The notes under the pieces are model-generated. The model ran no database searches and was not told where the DNA came from. It saw only the letters and a program-made list of their open reading frames with translations. From Candidatus Lokiarchaeum ossiferum (lineage in GTDB: Archaea > Asgardarchaeota > Lokiarchaeia > Sigyniarchaeales > Promethearchaeaceae), in contig CP104013.1 in the NCBI GenBank assembly GCA_025839675.1, forward strand, positions 2,550,001-2,582,000: a DNA stretch of 32,000 bases, in the 5' to 3' direction. Position numbers and translations under genes: made by a program. How positions within the stretch are numbered: position 1 is the stretch's first letter; each line of letters starts with the position of its first letter. Below, in pieces: positions 8,467 through 17,782 of this stretch.

Positions 8467-11400
8467 TTAGGCTCGATCGCGTAATAACAACCGAGGCGCT
8501 AACCCCAACGACATCATTTCTTGCAAGAGTAATTTGAAGGCATACGAACACGTAACGGTCGAAATTAAGGATTTTTCGCCACACACCGGACAATAACTGC
8601 GGTCGCGATTGCGATCATAGGTGCCTAACAACCCACATTTTTCGCAGATGAGAATCGTAGTCCTATCTGATTCATCTAAGAGCCGTTCCTTCAAGAGCAC
8701 GGAAGATCCGTGTCCTACCAAACAATCCCGCTCCATTTCCCCGAATCTCAGACCCCCTTCTCTGGCCCTTCCTTCGGTAGGTTGGCGTGTGAGAATTTGG
8801 ACAGGTCCACGGGCCCGTGCGTGAATCTTATCGGCCACTAAGTGGTGCAGTTTTTGGTAATAGACACATGCGAAATAGATGGCGACATCATATTTCACTC
8901 CAGTGACTCCATTGTAGAGTGTTTCTCGGCCCCCGTAATCGAAATTGTTGTCCACGAGTTGCTGTTGCAAGATATCCATATCTTCCATTTCAAAAGGTGT
9001 TGCATTGCCAATGGTGCCAGTAGCGGCAGCGACTTTTCCAAGACACCCTTCAAACATTTGTCCGAGCGTCATCCGCGAAGGCATCGCATGAGGATTAATT
9101 ACCAAATCAGGGACAATTCCTTCAGCAGAGAAGGGCATATCTTCTTGAGGGCAAATTAAACCAAGCACACCTTTTTGACCGTGGCGAGAAGCAAATTTGT
9201 CACCAAGTTCGGGAATCCGGAGATCACGCACTTTGATTTTAATAAGTTTGTTCCCATCAAGGGTTTCAGTAATGATTACAGTATCAACAGTTCCATTTTC
9301 ACTGTGACGCATATTGATAGAAGTTTCCCGACGTTGAGGTTGGGATAGATCATCGAAATCATCATAAGGATGAGTGAAACGGGGAGGGGAAGTTCGTCCA
9401 ATGAGAACATCACCGCCTTTACAGATAGTTTCTGGTTCGACAATACCATCATGGGCTAAATGGCGGTAAGCTTCTGAGGCTCGATAACCGCGCACTTCCT
9501 TTTCCGGTACTTCAAATTTATCTAATTGACCACCTGGATATTTCCGTTCTTCTCCTTCATAGGTACGGAAGAAAGTGCTCCGTGCCAAACCTCGTTCAAC
9601 GGAGGCTTTGTTCATAATAAGTGCATCTTCTATATTGAAGGCTTGGAAGGACATAATGCCTAACACGAAGTTTTGACCCGCCGGGCGAGTTGCAAAACCA
9701 ACAATATCCATCGCACGAGTGGTGGTGAGCGGTTGTTGGGGATAGTGAAGTAAATGACCTCGAGTATCTAACCGTAAGTGGAAGTTGGCGGCAAAGATTC
9801 CAAGGGCTTGTTTTGCCATCCCCGCTTCGTATGTATTTCGAGGACTTTGGTTATGGTCAGGGAAGGGAATCAAAGAAGCAGTAATCCCTAAAATAGCAGC
9901 AGGAGCCACTTCTAAATGAGTATGTTCCATGGTGATATATTCTTCTTTCATGGCGATGAAAGCATTCTCTTCTTCTTCAGCATCGAAGTATTCAATCAAT
10001 CCCCGAGCAATTAAATCATTCCAGGTTTCTTCACCCCGTTCAACCCGAGTGATGTCATCCTTGGTCATCATTAACTTACCGTTTTTCACAACCAAAAGAG
10101 GGCGGCGTGCACGACCGGCATCACAATTGATTTGCACTTCATTAGAATCTTCATAGAAGGCAATGTTAACATTAGAACTTAAATCACCGCGTCGTCGTTT
10201 CATCCGAATGGTTTCGACTAAAGGTTTATAATTTGGATGGATTCCGAGTAATTTTCCGTTCAAATAGATTTTAGCCTTACCACTCACTTCTTCAACTTCT
10301 TCCAGCGGGATAACGCCTAAATCATAAAGATCGGTTTCAATTTTCTTTTCATTGGTTCCAACGGAGATTAATGCGGTTAGTGCCAGGTTTTTGACCAACC
10401 CGCAGTTGGGGCCTTCAGGAGTTTCAGCAGGACAAATTTTCCCCCATTGGGTAGGATGTAAATCTCGGGCTTCAAAATGAGGTTGAGACCGACTTAAGGG
10501 AGAAATAATACGTCGTAAATGACTGAGAGTAGAGATATAATTGGTTCGATCTAATAATTGAGAAACTCCTGCCTTCCCACCAACCCAATTACCGGTGGCT
10601 AAAGCATGTCGAATTCGTTCAGTAATAACATCAGCCCGAACAGCAGTTTTTATATTGGGTTTTCGACCCCGCACAGCGGTTCGTTCTAATTGGTATTTTA
10701 TATCTCGCGATAAGTTTAAGAAAGACACACGAAATAGAGAAGTAAACAAATCTCCAGCTAATTTCAAACGTTTATTTGAATAATGGTCTTTATCATCAGG
10801 GCGACGGATATCTAAGGACAATTCCAGAACTTTTTGAGTCATTTGCCCAAGGAAATAGGCTTTTTTAATTCGATCTTCTCGCTCATATCCAATATGAGGT
10901 AAAAGATACCGATCTAAGATTTGTTGAGCCCGTTTAATACGATACTCACGAGTTTGTCCAACAGCCACACGTTTCCCAACATAGTCAAGAGCATTCATTT
11001 GGGATTTTTCTGGATCCGAAGAAACTTCAATGGCAGCAGCAACATCCACAATCGGAATTAATTCTTTTTGAATTTCGGGGTTATCACTGATAGCTTCAAA
11101 AATCTTCTTATCGGAACCAAGGCCGAGAGCACGCATTAAAATAGCGATGGGAATTTTACCTGGAACGGAAGGAAGCGAGACGCGAATATTGCCATCCTTA
11201 CGTCGTTCAATGGTGACTGGAGCACGGAAACCATGAGTTGTAGAAAAGACTTTTGCAATATGAGTCGCTGAAGAACTTCGGCTGGCTTCTTCAATTAAAA
11301 TACGATTTGGGGCTAAATCTTCTTGAGTAACTAAAGCCCGTTCGGTTCCATTGATGATGAAATAACCACCAGGATCTAACGGATCTTCTCCAATTTGAAT

Positions 11401-11859
11401 TAATTCTTCAGCAGTATGCATTTGGGAAAGTGGACATTTAGAAGACTTTAACATAATGGGCAATTTGCCAATATAAGTATTGATGGTTTCGTTATAATGA
11501 GGACGTTGAGTTCGTTCATCAATAGTCACAGGAGTCATTTCCAAATAGATTTTGGAAGCGTAAGTCAATTCTCGAATCCGGGCTTCTAGAGGAGTTACAC
11601 TCTTTGTGGCTCCATCAGCTTCACGAACTTGAGGTTCTTCAACAGTGATTCTTCCAAAAATAATGTAAAAATCGGGAATATCAGGGATAATTTTTTTGGT
11701 TTCATCGCAAATTTGTTGAAGAGTTTCTTCTAAAAAGACATTAAATGAATCTAAATGCTGGCGAACCAATCCGATTTCTTTGAAATAAGCATTTAATAAA
11801 TGCCATTTATCTTCGGGACTGATTCCGCTTAAATGGGTGTTTGTTATGGACATAGTCAT
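8467..11859 (-). CDS. rpoB: DNA-directed RNA polymerase subunit B (Rpo2), unsplit
   Basis: 1130-aa ORF. It carries the hallmark motifs of the second-largest RNAP subunit: GDKFASRHGQKGV, PFPDHNQSPRNTYE, GEMERDC and a C-terminal zinc ribbon CEKCG...CPVCG. It is encoded as one polypeptide, not split into B'/B''. Confidence 0.98.
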   Translation of the reverse strand: MTMSITNTHLSGISPEDKWHLLNAYFKEIGLVRQHLDSFNVFLEETLQQICDETKKIIPDIPDFYIIFGRITVEEPQVREADGATKSVTPLEARIRELTYASKIYLEMTPVTIDERTQRPHYNETINTYIGKLPIMLKSSKCPLSQMHTAEELIQIGEDPLDPGGYFIINGTERALVTQEDLAPNRILIEEASRSSSATHIAKVFSTTHGFRAPVTIERRKDGNIRVSLPSVPGKIPIAILMRALGLGSDKKIFEAISDNPEIQKELIPIVDVAAAIEVSSDPEKSQMNALDYVGKRVAVGQTREYRIKRAQQILDRYLLPHIGYEREDRIKKAYFLGQMTQKVLELSLDIRRPDDKDHYSNKRLKLAGDLFTSLFRVSFLNLSRDIKYQLERTAVRGRKPNIKTAVRADVITERIRHALATGNWVGGKAGVSQLLDRTNYISTLSHLRRIISPLSRSQPHFEARDLHPTQWGKICPAETPEGPNCGLVKNLALTALISVGTNEKKIETDLYDLGVIPLEEVEEVSGKAKIYLNGKLLGIHPNYKPLVETIRMKRRRGDLSSNVNIAFYEDSNEVQINCDAGRARRPLLVVKNGKLMMTKDDITRVERGEETWNDLIARGLIEYFDAEEEENAFIAMKEEYITMEHTHLEVAPAAILGITASLIPFPDHNQSPRNTYEAGMAKQALGIFAANFHLRLDTRGHLLHYPQQPLTTTRAMDIVGFATRPAGQNFVLGIMSFQAFNIEDALIMNKASVERGLARSTFFRTYEGEERKYPGGQLDKFEVPEKEVRGYRASEAYRHLAHDGIVEPETICKGGDVLIGRTSPPRFTHPYDDFDDLSQPQRRETSINMRHSENGTVDTVIITETLDGNKLIKIKVRDLRIPELGDKFASRHGQKGVLGLICPQEDMPFSAEGIVPDLVINPHAMPSRMTLGQMFEGCLGKVAAATGTIGNATPFEMEDMDILQQQLVDNNFDYGGRETLYNGVTGVKYDVAIYFACVYYQKLHHLVADKIHARARGPVQILTRQPTEGRAREGGLRFGEMERDCLVGHGSSVLLKERLLDESDRTTILICEKCGLLGTYDRNRDRSYCPVCGEKSLISTVTCSYAFKLLLQEMMSLGLAPRLLLRDRA

Positions 11860-11904
11860 TTTTTTTCTTCCTTTATACTTTAAATTGTGAAATATGAATG
11901 TAAA

Positions 11905-12180
11905 TTAAGTTCGCCGAACTACCACGAATCGGTAGGTATCAATACGATCTACCATGGTAGTTGATTTCCGAACGATTTTGACCACGGAACCTTCTTTGGC
12001 ACCTAATGCAAGGGCTGCAGGATCATCTTCAAAAATACGGGGGAGGTTCACTAATCGAATACTATAATCTTTCAACAACTGATCTGTTTCGGCTTTGGTT
12101 AATATGGTGTGGCTAGGGACCAACTCATGGGCCAAAACATCTAATTTTTTACTTTTTGCGGTTACCAATGATAAATTCAA
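11905..12180 (-). CDS. rpoH: DNA-directed RNA polymerase subunit H (Rpo5)
   Basis: 91-aa ORF. HELVPSHTILTKAETDQLLKDYSIRLVNLPRIFEDDPAALALGAKEGSVVKIVRKS...YRFVV matches the RpoH / Rpb5 C-terminal domain pattern. It lies 45 nt upstream of rpoB on the same strand. The start is uncertain: TTG at 12180 or TTG at 12168, with no ATG available. Confidence 0.88.
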   Translation of the reverse strand: MNLSLVTAKSKKLDVLAHELVPSHTILTKAETDQLLKDYSIRLVNLPRIFEDDPAALALGAKEGSVVKIVRKSTTMVDRIDTYRFVVVRRT

Positions 12181-12315
12181 CCCTCTATAGGAATTCTAAA
12201 TAATAAGAAAATAACTAGTAACTTCATAGAAGTGACGAGCGCTCAAAGGTTATGAATATAGCAAAGATAAAAAATTTTATGGAAGGGGGAGGAGATTTTT
12301 AAATTTTATGCAAGG

Positions 12316-12335
12316 AAAACCAAAAACCAAAAAAA
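12316..12335 (-). terminator. triple oligo-T tract (TTGGTTTTTTTGGTTTTTGGTTTT on the minus strand), candidate terminator after the methyltransferase gene
   Basis: Read directly, 38-57 nt downstream of the stop at 12373. It separates the cbf5-methyltransferase unit from rpoH. Confidence 0.45.
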
Positions 12336-12372
12336 CCAATTCAAGAAAGTAACGATTCAAGGGAGTAATAGA

Positions 12373-13095
12373 TTAAAAATAACCACCATAATCTTCTTTC
12401 TCGAATTCTCGTTCAATCGGGGAAATTAAGATTACTTGAAATCCACCTTTCTTTTTTAAAATATAGAAATACCATTCGGGTTTGAGATCTTGGAGTTTTT
12501 GTAAGAAACCTGGCGCACCTAATTTTTTTAGATGAACGTATTGAATGTAACCATCTGGGGAAAGCAAATCCATAGCCCCTTGGAATAACTCAAGCATTAC
12601 TTCATGACCAGTTTTTAATGGTGGGTTGGTGAAAATTGCTTTGAAGGTAATCCCGTGAGCTTTTAATTCATCAATTTGATCACGAAAATCACCTTTAAGA
12701 ACAATGACATCCTTGCAATTATTTGCAAGGAGATTTCGATTAAGTAACCAAACTGCCCGATCATTAACTTCCGATGCATAAATTTGGGGAAGGGGGGGAT
12801 TGCCCGAGATAGAGTGGTGGCGTAAATTGTATTCTTTATGCAGCCAAATTGTCAGAGGTCCATAACCTGCCCCTATTTCTAAAAGGTTCATATTTTCTTG
12901 TGAATCAGGAATAATCATATTCTCAATCAGCACGCGCGTCCCTTTATCTATAGCATCGGGGGAAAACACTCCTGAAGAGGTTTGCAGAGACATGGAATGG
13001 GCTCGAACACTCTCAAATAACTTTCGCATTCGTTGAGCGGAGGTGGGATGTTGCGAAAAATAATGATTATCTTTAGGATCAGGCATTAATATCAC
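12373..13095 (-). CDS. class I SAM-dependent methyltransferase, small-domain (MTS, RsmC/RlmG-like) family
   Basis: 240 aa. Motif I is LLEIGAGYGPLTIWL and motif IV is IFTNPPLKTGHE (NPPxxxG, typical of N2-guanine/N6-adenine MTS enzymes). The GTG start at 13095 lies 3 nt after the cbf5 stop; an alternative ATG is at 13086. Confidence 0.8.
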   Translation of the reverse strand: MILMPDPKDNHYFSQHPTSAQRMRKLFESVRAHSMSLQTSSGVFSPDAIDKGTRVLIENMIIPDSQENMNLLEIGAGYGPLTIWLHKEYNLRHHSISGNPPLPQIYASEVNDRAVWLLNRNLLANNCKDVIVLKGDFRDQIDELKAHGITFKAIFTNPPLKTGHEVMLELFQGAMDLLSPDGYIQYVHLKKLGAPGFLQKLQDLKPEWYFYILKKKGGFQVILISPIEREFEKEDYGGYF

Positions 13096-13098
13096 GGA

Positions 13099-14118
13099 TT
13101 AAGGGGTAATTACTTTCGCTTCTTTATTCCAATGAGGATATAAACCTCGTTTCATGAAGACTCGAGTGGGTTTTGCACAAATACCATGATCATTTTTCAA
13201 GATGGCACTAGTAGAAAGCAGTGATTCCCCGAAAGCAACCAATTCACCTTTCTGAGTCATTATCGCAACAGATTCATGGCGCTCGATCGATTTTTCCAAA
13301 TAGAGTACCCCCGCAACAGCAAGACCCGCCCCATGAGCAATAGCATCTACTGCTGAATCTCGAATGTAGATCTTCTTCCAATGTTGGACTGCTTTTTCCA
13401 TAGGTGATATGAGCTTACGTAAATAGGAAGCATCTTTTTCTTCCCGATAAATCTTTATTGCATCGTTTAGATCTTGGAGAGTACAAAGAGTATCATCTTC
13501 CCGAAATTCGGCGGTTCGAGATCTTCGCAATTCTGCCATATGGGCTCCACATAATAAAGCTTCCCCAATGTCAAAACAGAGTTTTCGTATATAGGTTCCA
13601 GCTTCACATCCAACACGAAAAAGTGCAAATTGGTTCTTCACTTCAAGTAATTGAGTATAATAAATAGTCCGCATCCGCAATCTACGAGCAACGGATGATT
13701 TAAGAGGAGGACGTTGATACAATTGTGCAGTAAAAATATTTAAAACATTTCTAATTTTTTCTTCAGGAATTTCCTCATGAAGATACATTAAGCAAATATA
13801 TTCTTTTCCTGCGCTCAACAGTGCTTTCACAACTTTAGTTGCTGGCCCCAAAGCCACTGGAAGGATCCCAGTAACATGAGGATCCAGAGTCCCACCATGA
13901 CCTGTTTTTTCGAGACCAAGAACTTTTTTAACCCAAGAAGCGACTTCATGGGAAGTGGGACCCGAAGGTTTATCTAAATTTACCATACCACAGTCTATGT
14001 AATACGCCAAAGGCCGTTTCAATGGTTCAAAGCCATACTGCGGATCCGTGGGCTCTTCACTTTTTACCACGTATTTGTGAGGAACTGATTCATAGGGGAG
14101 AAGATACTCAAAAGACAC
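13099..14118 (-). CDS. cbf5: H/ACA RNP pseudouridine synthase Cbf5 (TruB family with C-terminal PUA domain)
   Basis: 339 aa. VNLDKPSGPTSHEVASWVKKVL...GHGGTLDPHVTGILPVALGPATK contains the TruB catalytic Asp motif (GTLDP). The C-terminal IYIRDSAVDAIAHGAGLAVAGV...GELVAFGES is PUA-like. GTG start. Confidence 0.93.
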   Translation of the reverse strand: MSFEYLLPYESVPHKYVVKSEEPTDPQYGFEPLKRPLAYYIDCGMVNLDKPSGPTSHEVASWVKKVLGLEKTGHGGTLDPHVTGILPVALGPATKVVKALLSAGKEYICLMYLHEEIPEEKIRNVLNIFTAQLYQRPPLKSSVARRLRMRTIYYTQLLEVKNQFALFRVGCEAGTYIRKLCFDIGEALLCGAHMAELRRSRTAEFREDDTLCTLQDLNDAIKIYREEKDASYLRKLISPMEKAVQHWKKIYIRDSAVDAIAHGAGLAVAGVLYLEKSIERHESVAIMTQKGELVAFGESLLSTSAILKNDHGICAKPTRVFMKRGLYPHWNKEAKVITP

Positions 14119-14184
14119 ATTATCTATTTAACTACCATTCCCTTTCAAAATTACGATTTTTATTTAGAAAGAATTAAAAAACAA

Positions 14185-15183
14185 TTAACTTAGTGGTTGA
14201 CCGATTTTTTCTTTATGAATGAAAAGAAATGCGATGGTTCTAAAAGCTTCATCAACAATATCTTTGTTTAAAGCGCTGGTCTCATAATAGGCAATACCTA
14301 ACTTTTCAGCTAAGGCTTTGCCTGCTTCTTGAGTAACTTGCCGATTTTCAAGAAGATCAATTTTATTCGCCACAAGCATCAATAAAATATCAGGTTCAGC
14401 ACGCTTCGCTTCATTATACCAATCTTCTATACTTGCAAAGGTTTCAGGACGAGTTACGTCATAAATAATAAAACCTGCTTTAGCCCCAGCAAAATAAGTT
14501 TGACGTACTCGTTTAAATTGTTGTTGGCCCGCTAAATCATACAATGTTAGCCGCACTTCCACCTCCCATTCGGGAAAATTAATGGCTTTCTTCATTATAG
14601 AAACGCCAATGGTGCTTTTGTAATCATTTTCAAAAGTGGAATCGACAAATTGGTGAACTAAAGTTGTTTTCCCAACCCCACCGTCGCCTCCTAAGATCGT
14701 TTTCATTACAAAAGATCCTTTTTCAATAACAATTTGTTGAAGACTTTTCCCCCCCTCAAGGGAATGAATTTGATTTTTAAAATCAGGGATCACGGGTGAC
14801 ACAGGGCGTCCATCAAAAATTCGGATCACCTTTTCTGCACACAGATAGGCGTATGGAAAAAGAGAATCGAGACTTGCCATCATATCTGCCACTAAAACTA
14901 AGATTGCATCGGGTCCTGCTTCACAAAAGATCATACGATTTTTATCGGTATCAAAACTACCGGTTCCAAAATTTCCCGATTGGAATTCTGCTGCGATCCG
15001 CTTTAAAACAGGTTCTACAAGGGCAGCAATCCCTCCCAGAAGATCTTCATCCATCCCTTCTTTAAGGTGACTTGCCATTACCAACCCATCTCGGTTCACT
15101 ATTACCATAGCATGAAGATCTTCCCCGATGGTTTGAAACATCCACTTTAGCAAGGCATCCAATTTTGCTCTATCGATGGCCAT
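14185..15183 (-). CDS. Roadblock/LC7 (MglB-like) domain fused to a Rab/Ras-like small GTPase
   Basis: 332 aa. Residues ~1-120 look Roadblock-like (LHAMVIVNRDGLVMASHL...LLGGIAALVEPVL...MIFCEAGPDAILVLVAD). Residues ~158-325 form a complete small GTPase: G1 GGDGGVGKTT, G3 DLAGQQQF, G4 NKID, G5 ETSAL. Confidence 0.88.
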   Translation of the reverse strand: MAIDRAKLDALLKWMFQTIGEDLHAMVIVNRDGLVMASHLKEGMDEDLLGGIAALVEPVLKRIAAEFQSGNFGTGSFDTDKNRMIFCEAGPDAILVLVADMMASLDSLFPYAYLCAEKVIRIFDGRPVSPVIPDFKNQIHSLEGGKSLQQIVIEKGSFVMKTILGGDGGVGKTTLVHQFVDSTFENDYKSTIGVSIMKKAINFPEWEVEVRLTLYDLAGQQQFKRVRQTYFAGAKAGFIIYDVTRPETFASIEDWYNEAKRAEPDILLMLVANKIDLLENRQVTQEAGKALAEKLGIAYYETSALNKDIVDEAFRTIAFLFIHKEKIGQPLS

Positions 15184-15426
15184 ATATAAATATACTTCGT
15201 CTAATAAACTAATAAATTTGATTGTTGTTTTGATAAAATATCCACTTTCAATTGATGGACATTAATTTCGTCAACAAGACTACTTTCCTATACCATGATG
15301 AGGTTAAACTTATAAATTAATAATCTATTATTCTTCCATATTAGCATGAATTCCATATTGATGGATATAACCAAAAATGTAAATCATGATAATATGACTA
15401 AAATAAAAATAAATAAGTGAAAAATA

Positions 15427-16533
15427 ATGACCCAATTCAATGACCGTCTAGCAAAATTAGTTGTCAATTATTCTTTAGGTGTAAAAGTTGGAGATCGTGT
15501 AGCAATTCAAAGCCCAGCTATAGCAGAGGATTTATGTTCTGCATTGTATAAAGAAATTATCATCGCTGGTGGATATGTTACTCTTCAAATTGGTCTTCCA
15601 GGAATTCAGGAAATCCTTTTTGAATATGGAAATGATAACCAATTGAAACATATCTCCGAACTTACTAAATTTGTTTATGAAAAATTTGAGCACATAATCA
15701 CAATTGATGCCACCTATAACTCCAGATCTCTTGAACTTATAGACCCGAAGAAGAAGCAATTGCGGAATTCAACCCCCGAAAATGCTGCACTAATGCAAAC
15801 ATTCATGAAACGTTTAGAATCCAAAGAACTCCATTGGATAGGGATCCCTTATCCATGTTTTTCAAAAGCTCAAGATGCTGGGATGGGCATCCATGCATAC
15901 AAGAAATTCATTTCCAAAGCTCTAAATATTGATAAAGAAGATCCTATTGCATATTGGAGGCAAGTTCAAAAAGACCAAAATAGATTAATTCAAATTCTAG
16001 ATGAGACAAATAAAATTAAAGTATTTGGTGAAGATACAGAACTATCTTTATCTGTTAAAGGTAGAAAGTGGATCAATTGCAGTGGACAAAATAATTTACC
16101 TGATGGAGAGGTATTTACTGGTCCAATTGAAGATTCAATTAATGGACATATTCGGTTTACCTATCCGGGGATCTTCCAAGGTCAAGAAATTGAAAATATT
16201 TATCTCGAATTCAAGGATGGAAAGGTGATCAAAGCGACAGCCGAAAAAGGTCAAAAATTACTTGATTCTATCTTAGAAATTGATGGAGCAAATGGAATTG
16301 GAGAATTTGCCATTGGAACCAACTATAATATCACAAAATTCACCAAAAATATGCTCTTTGATGAGAAAATTGGGGGTACAATGCACATGGCATTGGGTAT
16401 GGGTATCCCAGAATCTGGTAGTCTTTCAAAATCAGCAATTCATTGGGATATATTGAAAGATATGAATTCAGAAGACTCACGCATTGAGGCAGATGGAAAA
16501 ATAATTTATCAAGCAGGACAATGGAAAATTTAA
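15427..16533 (+). CDS. aminopeptidase, peptidase family M29 (AmpS/PepS-like)
   Basis: 368 aa. NLPDGEVFTGPIEDSINGHIRF, GEFAIGTN, FDEKIGGTMHMALG and AIHWDIL match the conserved M29 metal-binding/catalytic blocks. Confidence 0.85.
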   Translation: MTQFNDRLAKLVVNYSLGVKVGDRVAIQSPAIAEDLCSALYKEIIIAGGYVTLQIGLPGIQEILFEYGNDNQLKHISELTKFVYEKFEHIITIDATYNSRSLELIDPKKKQLRNSTPENAALMQTFMKRLESKELHWIGIPYPCFSKAQDAGMGIHAYKKFISKALNIDKEDPIAYWRQVQKDQNRLIQILDETNKIKVFGEDTELSLSVKGRKWINCSGQNNLPDGEVFTGPIEDSINGHIRFTYPGIFQGQEIENIYLEFKDGKVIKATAEKGQKLLDSILEIDGANGIGEFAIGTNYNITKFTKNMLFDEKIGGTMHMALGMGIPESGSLSKSAIHWDILKDMNSEDSRIEADGKIIYQAGQWKI

Positions 16534-16587
16534 TTATTGATTTCGTCTTTTTTTCATATTTAATGAAATAGAAAAAATTAAAATTTT

Positions 16588-17727
16588 TTAAAAATTAAAG
16601 TCGGATCTTTTTAAATCTTTACCACATTCTTCACAATAGGCATCTTTATTGGAAAGAATGCGAGCAATTAATGTTTTCGCTAAGTAATCTCCACATTCTG
16701 GACAACGAAGATTTAGAGCAGAAGAGTGAATACTTGATTTTTCAACTTCAAATTTTGATTCACTCTTTCCTCGCGATTGAATTGAAGGTGTTTTTTGATA
16801 TAAATCAGTATTCAAATCCAATTTCGCGCTTTGTTTTTCTATTGGAAAAGCAGAGGCAGCAACCACCGGCTTTTTATCAGCTTCGATATATGCTTTGGGA
16901 TCTTTTACTTCAATATTAATTATTTCCATATGATTATTCTCAGTTAAAACCACTAAAGCATCAATATCGGGAGAAAATAAAGGTCCAGCAGATAAACTCT
17001 GAATTGGAGCTCGGCAGCGATATGTTTCAAAGGTATTTCCTTTTTTATCCAAAATGTGAATTGTGTTGGAATTATCACCAACAGCTAATAGTGTCTGATC
17101 ATATAAAGAAAGAGTAGTAAAGCCTGTGATCACCGGAATATCCACAGGAATTTTTTGCACGGATGCTTCAATGTCCAACACATTTACCGAATTATTTTGA
17201 TCAACAAATACAATCACCTTTTTCTGAGTTGAATTAATTTTCCCAATATCAACAAATAGGATATCTGTAGGATGTTGGTACTTTGCCATAACTTGTCCTT
17301 GGTTATTTAGAACAAAAATTCGGTGATCTTCTAAGAGAACTACTATTTCCAATCCGGGATCATAATCTAAATTTCCAACGATTCCATTAACAATACCAGA
17401 AGGAAGGGTTTTCTTCCAGATTTCGCCTCCATCTTTAGAAAAGACCCGAATTTCTCCAGAATATGAGAAAGAAACAAACACATTGTCACCTTTATCATAG
17501 ATATCCTTTAAAAATAAGGCAGAAACATCAGAAGAGAAAGGAAATTTAGAAAGGGATTTACCTTCGGAATTAAAGATGGATAATTTTTCATCATAACTCA
17601 AAAGTAATATTTCTGGTGTTGAATTTTGGGTAAAATGACCAAGGGAACAGAAATAGAATGCAGATTGGCTAAAGATTGATCCTTTTTTAACAAAATTCAA
17701 CGATTTACTAAATTTTTTCCAGCTCAT
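16588..17727 (-). CDS. cytoplasmic ~6-bladed beta-propeller (FG-GAP/PQQ/BBS2-like repeats) with C-terminal zinc ribbon
   Basis: 379 aa with no signal peptide or TM. About six ~43-aa repeats each end in a hydrophobic strand plus turn, for example GHFTQNSTPEILLLSYDEKLSIFNSEGKSL, KDIYDKGDNVFVSFSYSGEIRVFSKDGGEIW, GNLDYDPGLEIVVLLEDHRIFVLNNQGQVM and GPLFSPDIDALVVLTENNHMEIINI. A ~60-aa polar linker follows, then CPECG-x18-CEECG. Confidence 0.6.
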   Translation of the reverse strand: MSWKKFSKSLNFVKKGSIFSQSAFYFCSLGHFTQNSTPEILLLSYDEKLSIFNSEGKSLSKFPFSSDVSALFLKDIYDKGDNVFVSFSYSGEIRVFSKDGGEIWKKTLPSGIVNGIVGNLDYDPGLEIVVLLEDHRIFVLNNQGQVMAKYQHPTDILFVDIGKINSTQKKVIVFVDQNNSVNVLDIEASVQKIPVDIPVITGFTTLSLYDQTLLAVGDNSNTIHILDKKGNTFETYRCRAPIQSLSAGPLFSPDIDALVVLTENNHMEIINIEVKDPKAYIEADKKPVVAASAFPIEKQSAKLDLNTDLYQKTPSIQSRGKSESKFEVEKSSIHSSALNLRCPECGDYLAKTLIARILSNKDAYCEECGKDLKRSDFNF

Positions 17728-17767
17728 TGTTATTTTCTCAAGTTCTTATTTAATTATCATGTAATGC

Positions 17768-17776
17768 AAAAAAAAA
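17768..17776 (-). terminator. T9 tract (minus strand) 6 nt after the Cache-HAMP gene stop; possible (leaky) terminator
   Basis: Read directly. A TATA-like TTAAATAA follows, ~20-28 nt upstream of the propeller ATG (17727). The propeller gene may therefore have its own promoter. Confidence 0.35.
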
Positions 17777-17782
17777 GGGAAA

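Noticed and set aside
8621-10783. Plus-strand ORFs inside rpoB (8621-8824, 8842-9159, 9929-10156, 10595-10783)
   Set aside because: They are antisense to the unambiguous rpoB gene. Their Arg/Ser/Pro-rich translations are the usual mirror of a relatively GC-rich conserved gene.
12237-12244. GC-rich palindrome GAGCGCTC upstream of rpoH, plus a 14-codon plus-strand mini-ORF (12308-12352) preceded by GGGGGAGGAG
   Set aside because: The palindrome is only 8 nt with no partner site. The mini-ORF is Lys/Thr/Pro low-complexity read through the A-runs that act as the minus-strand terminator.
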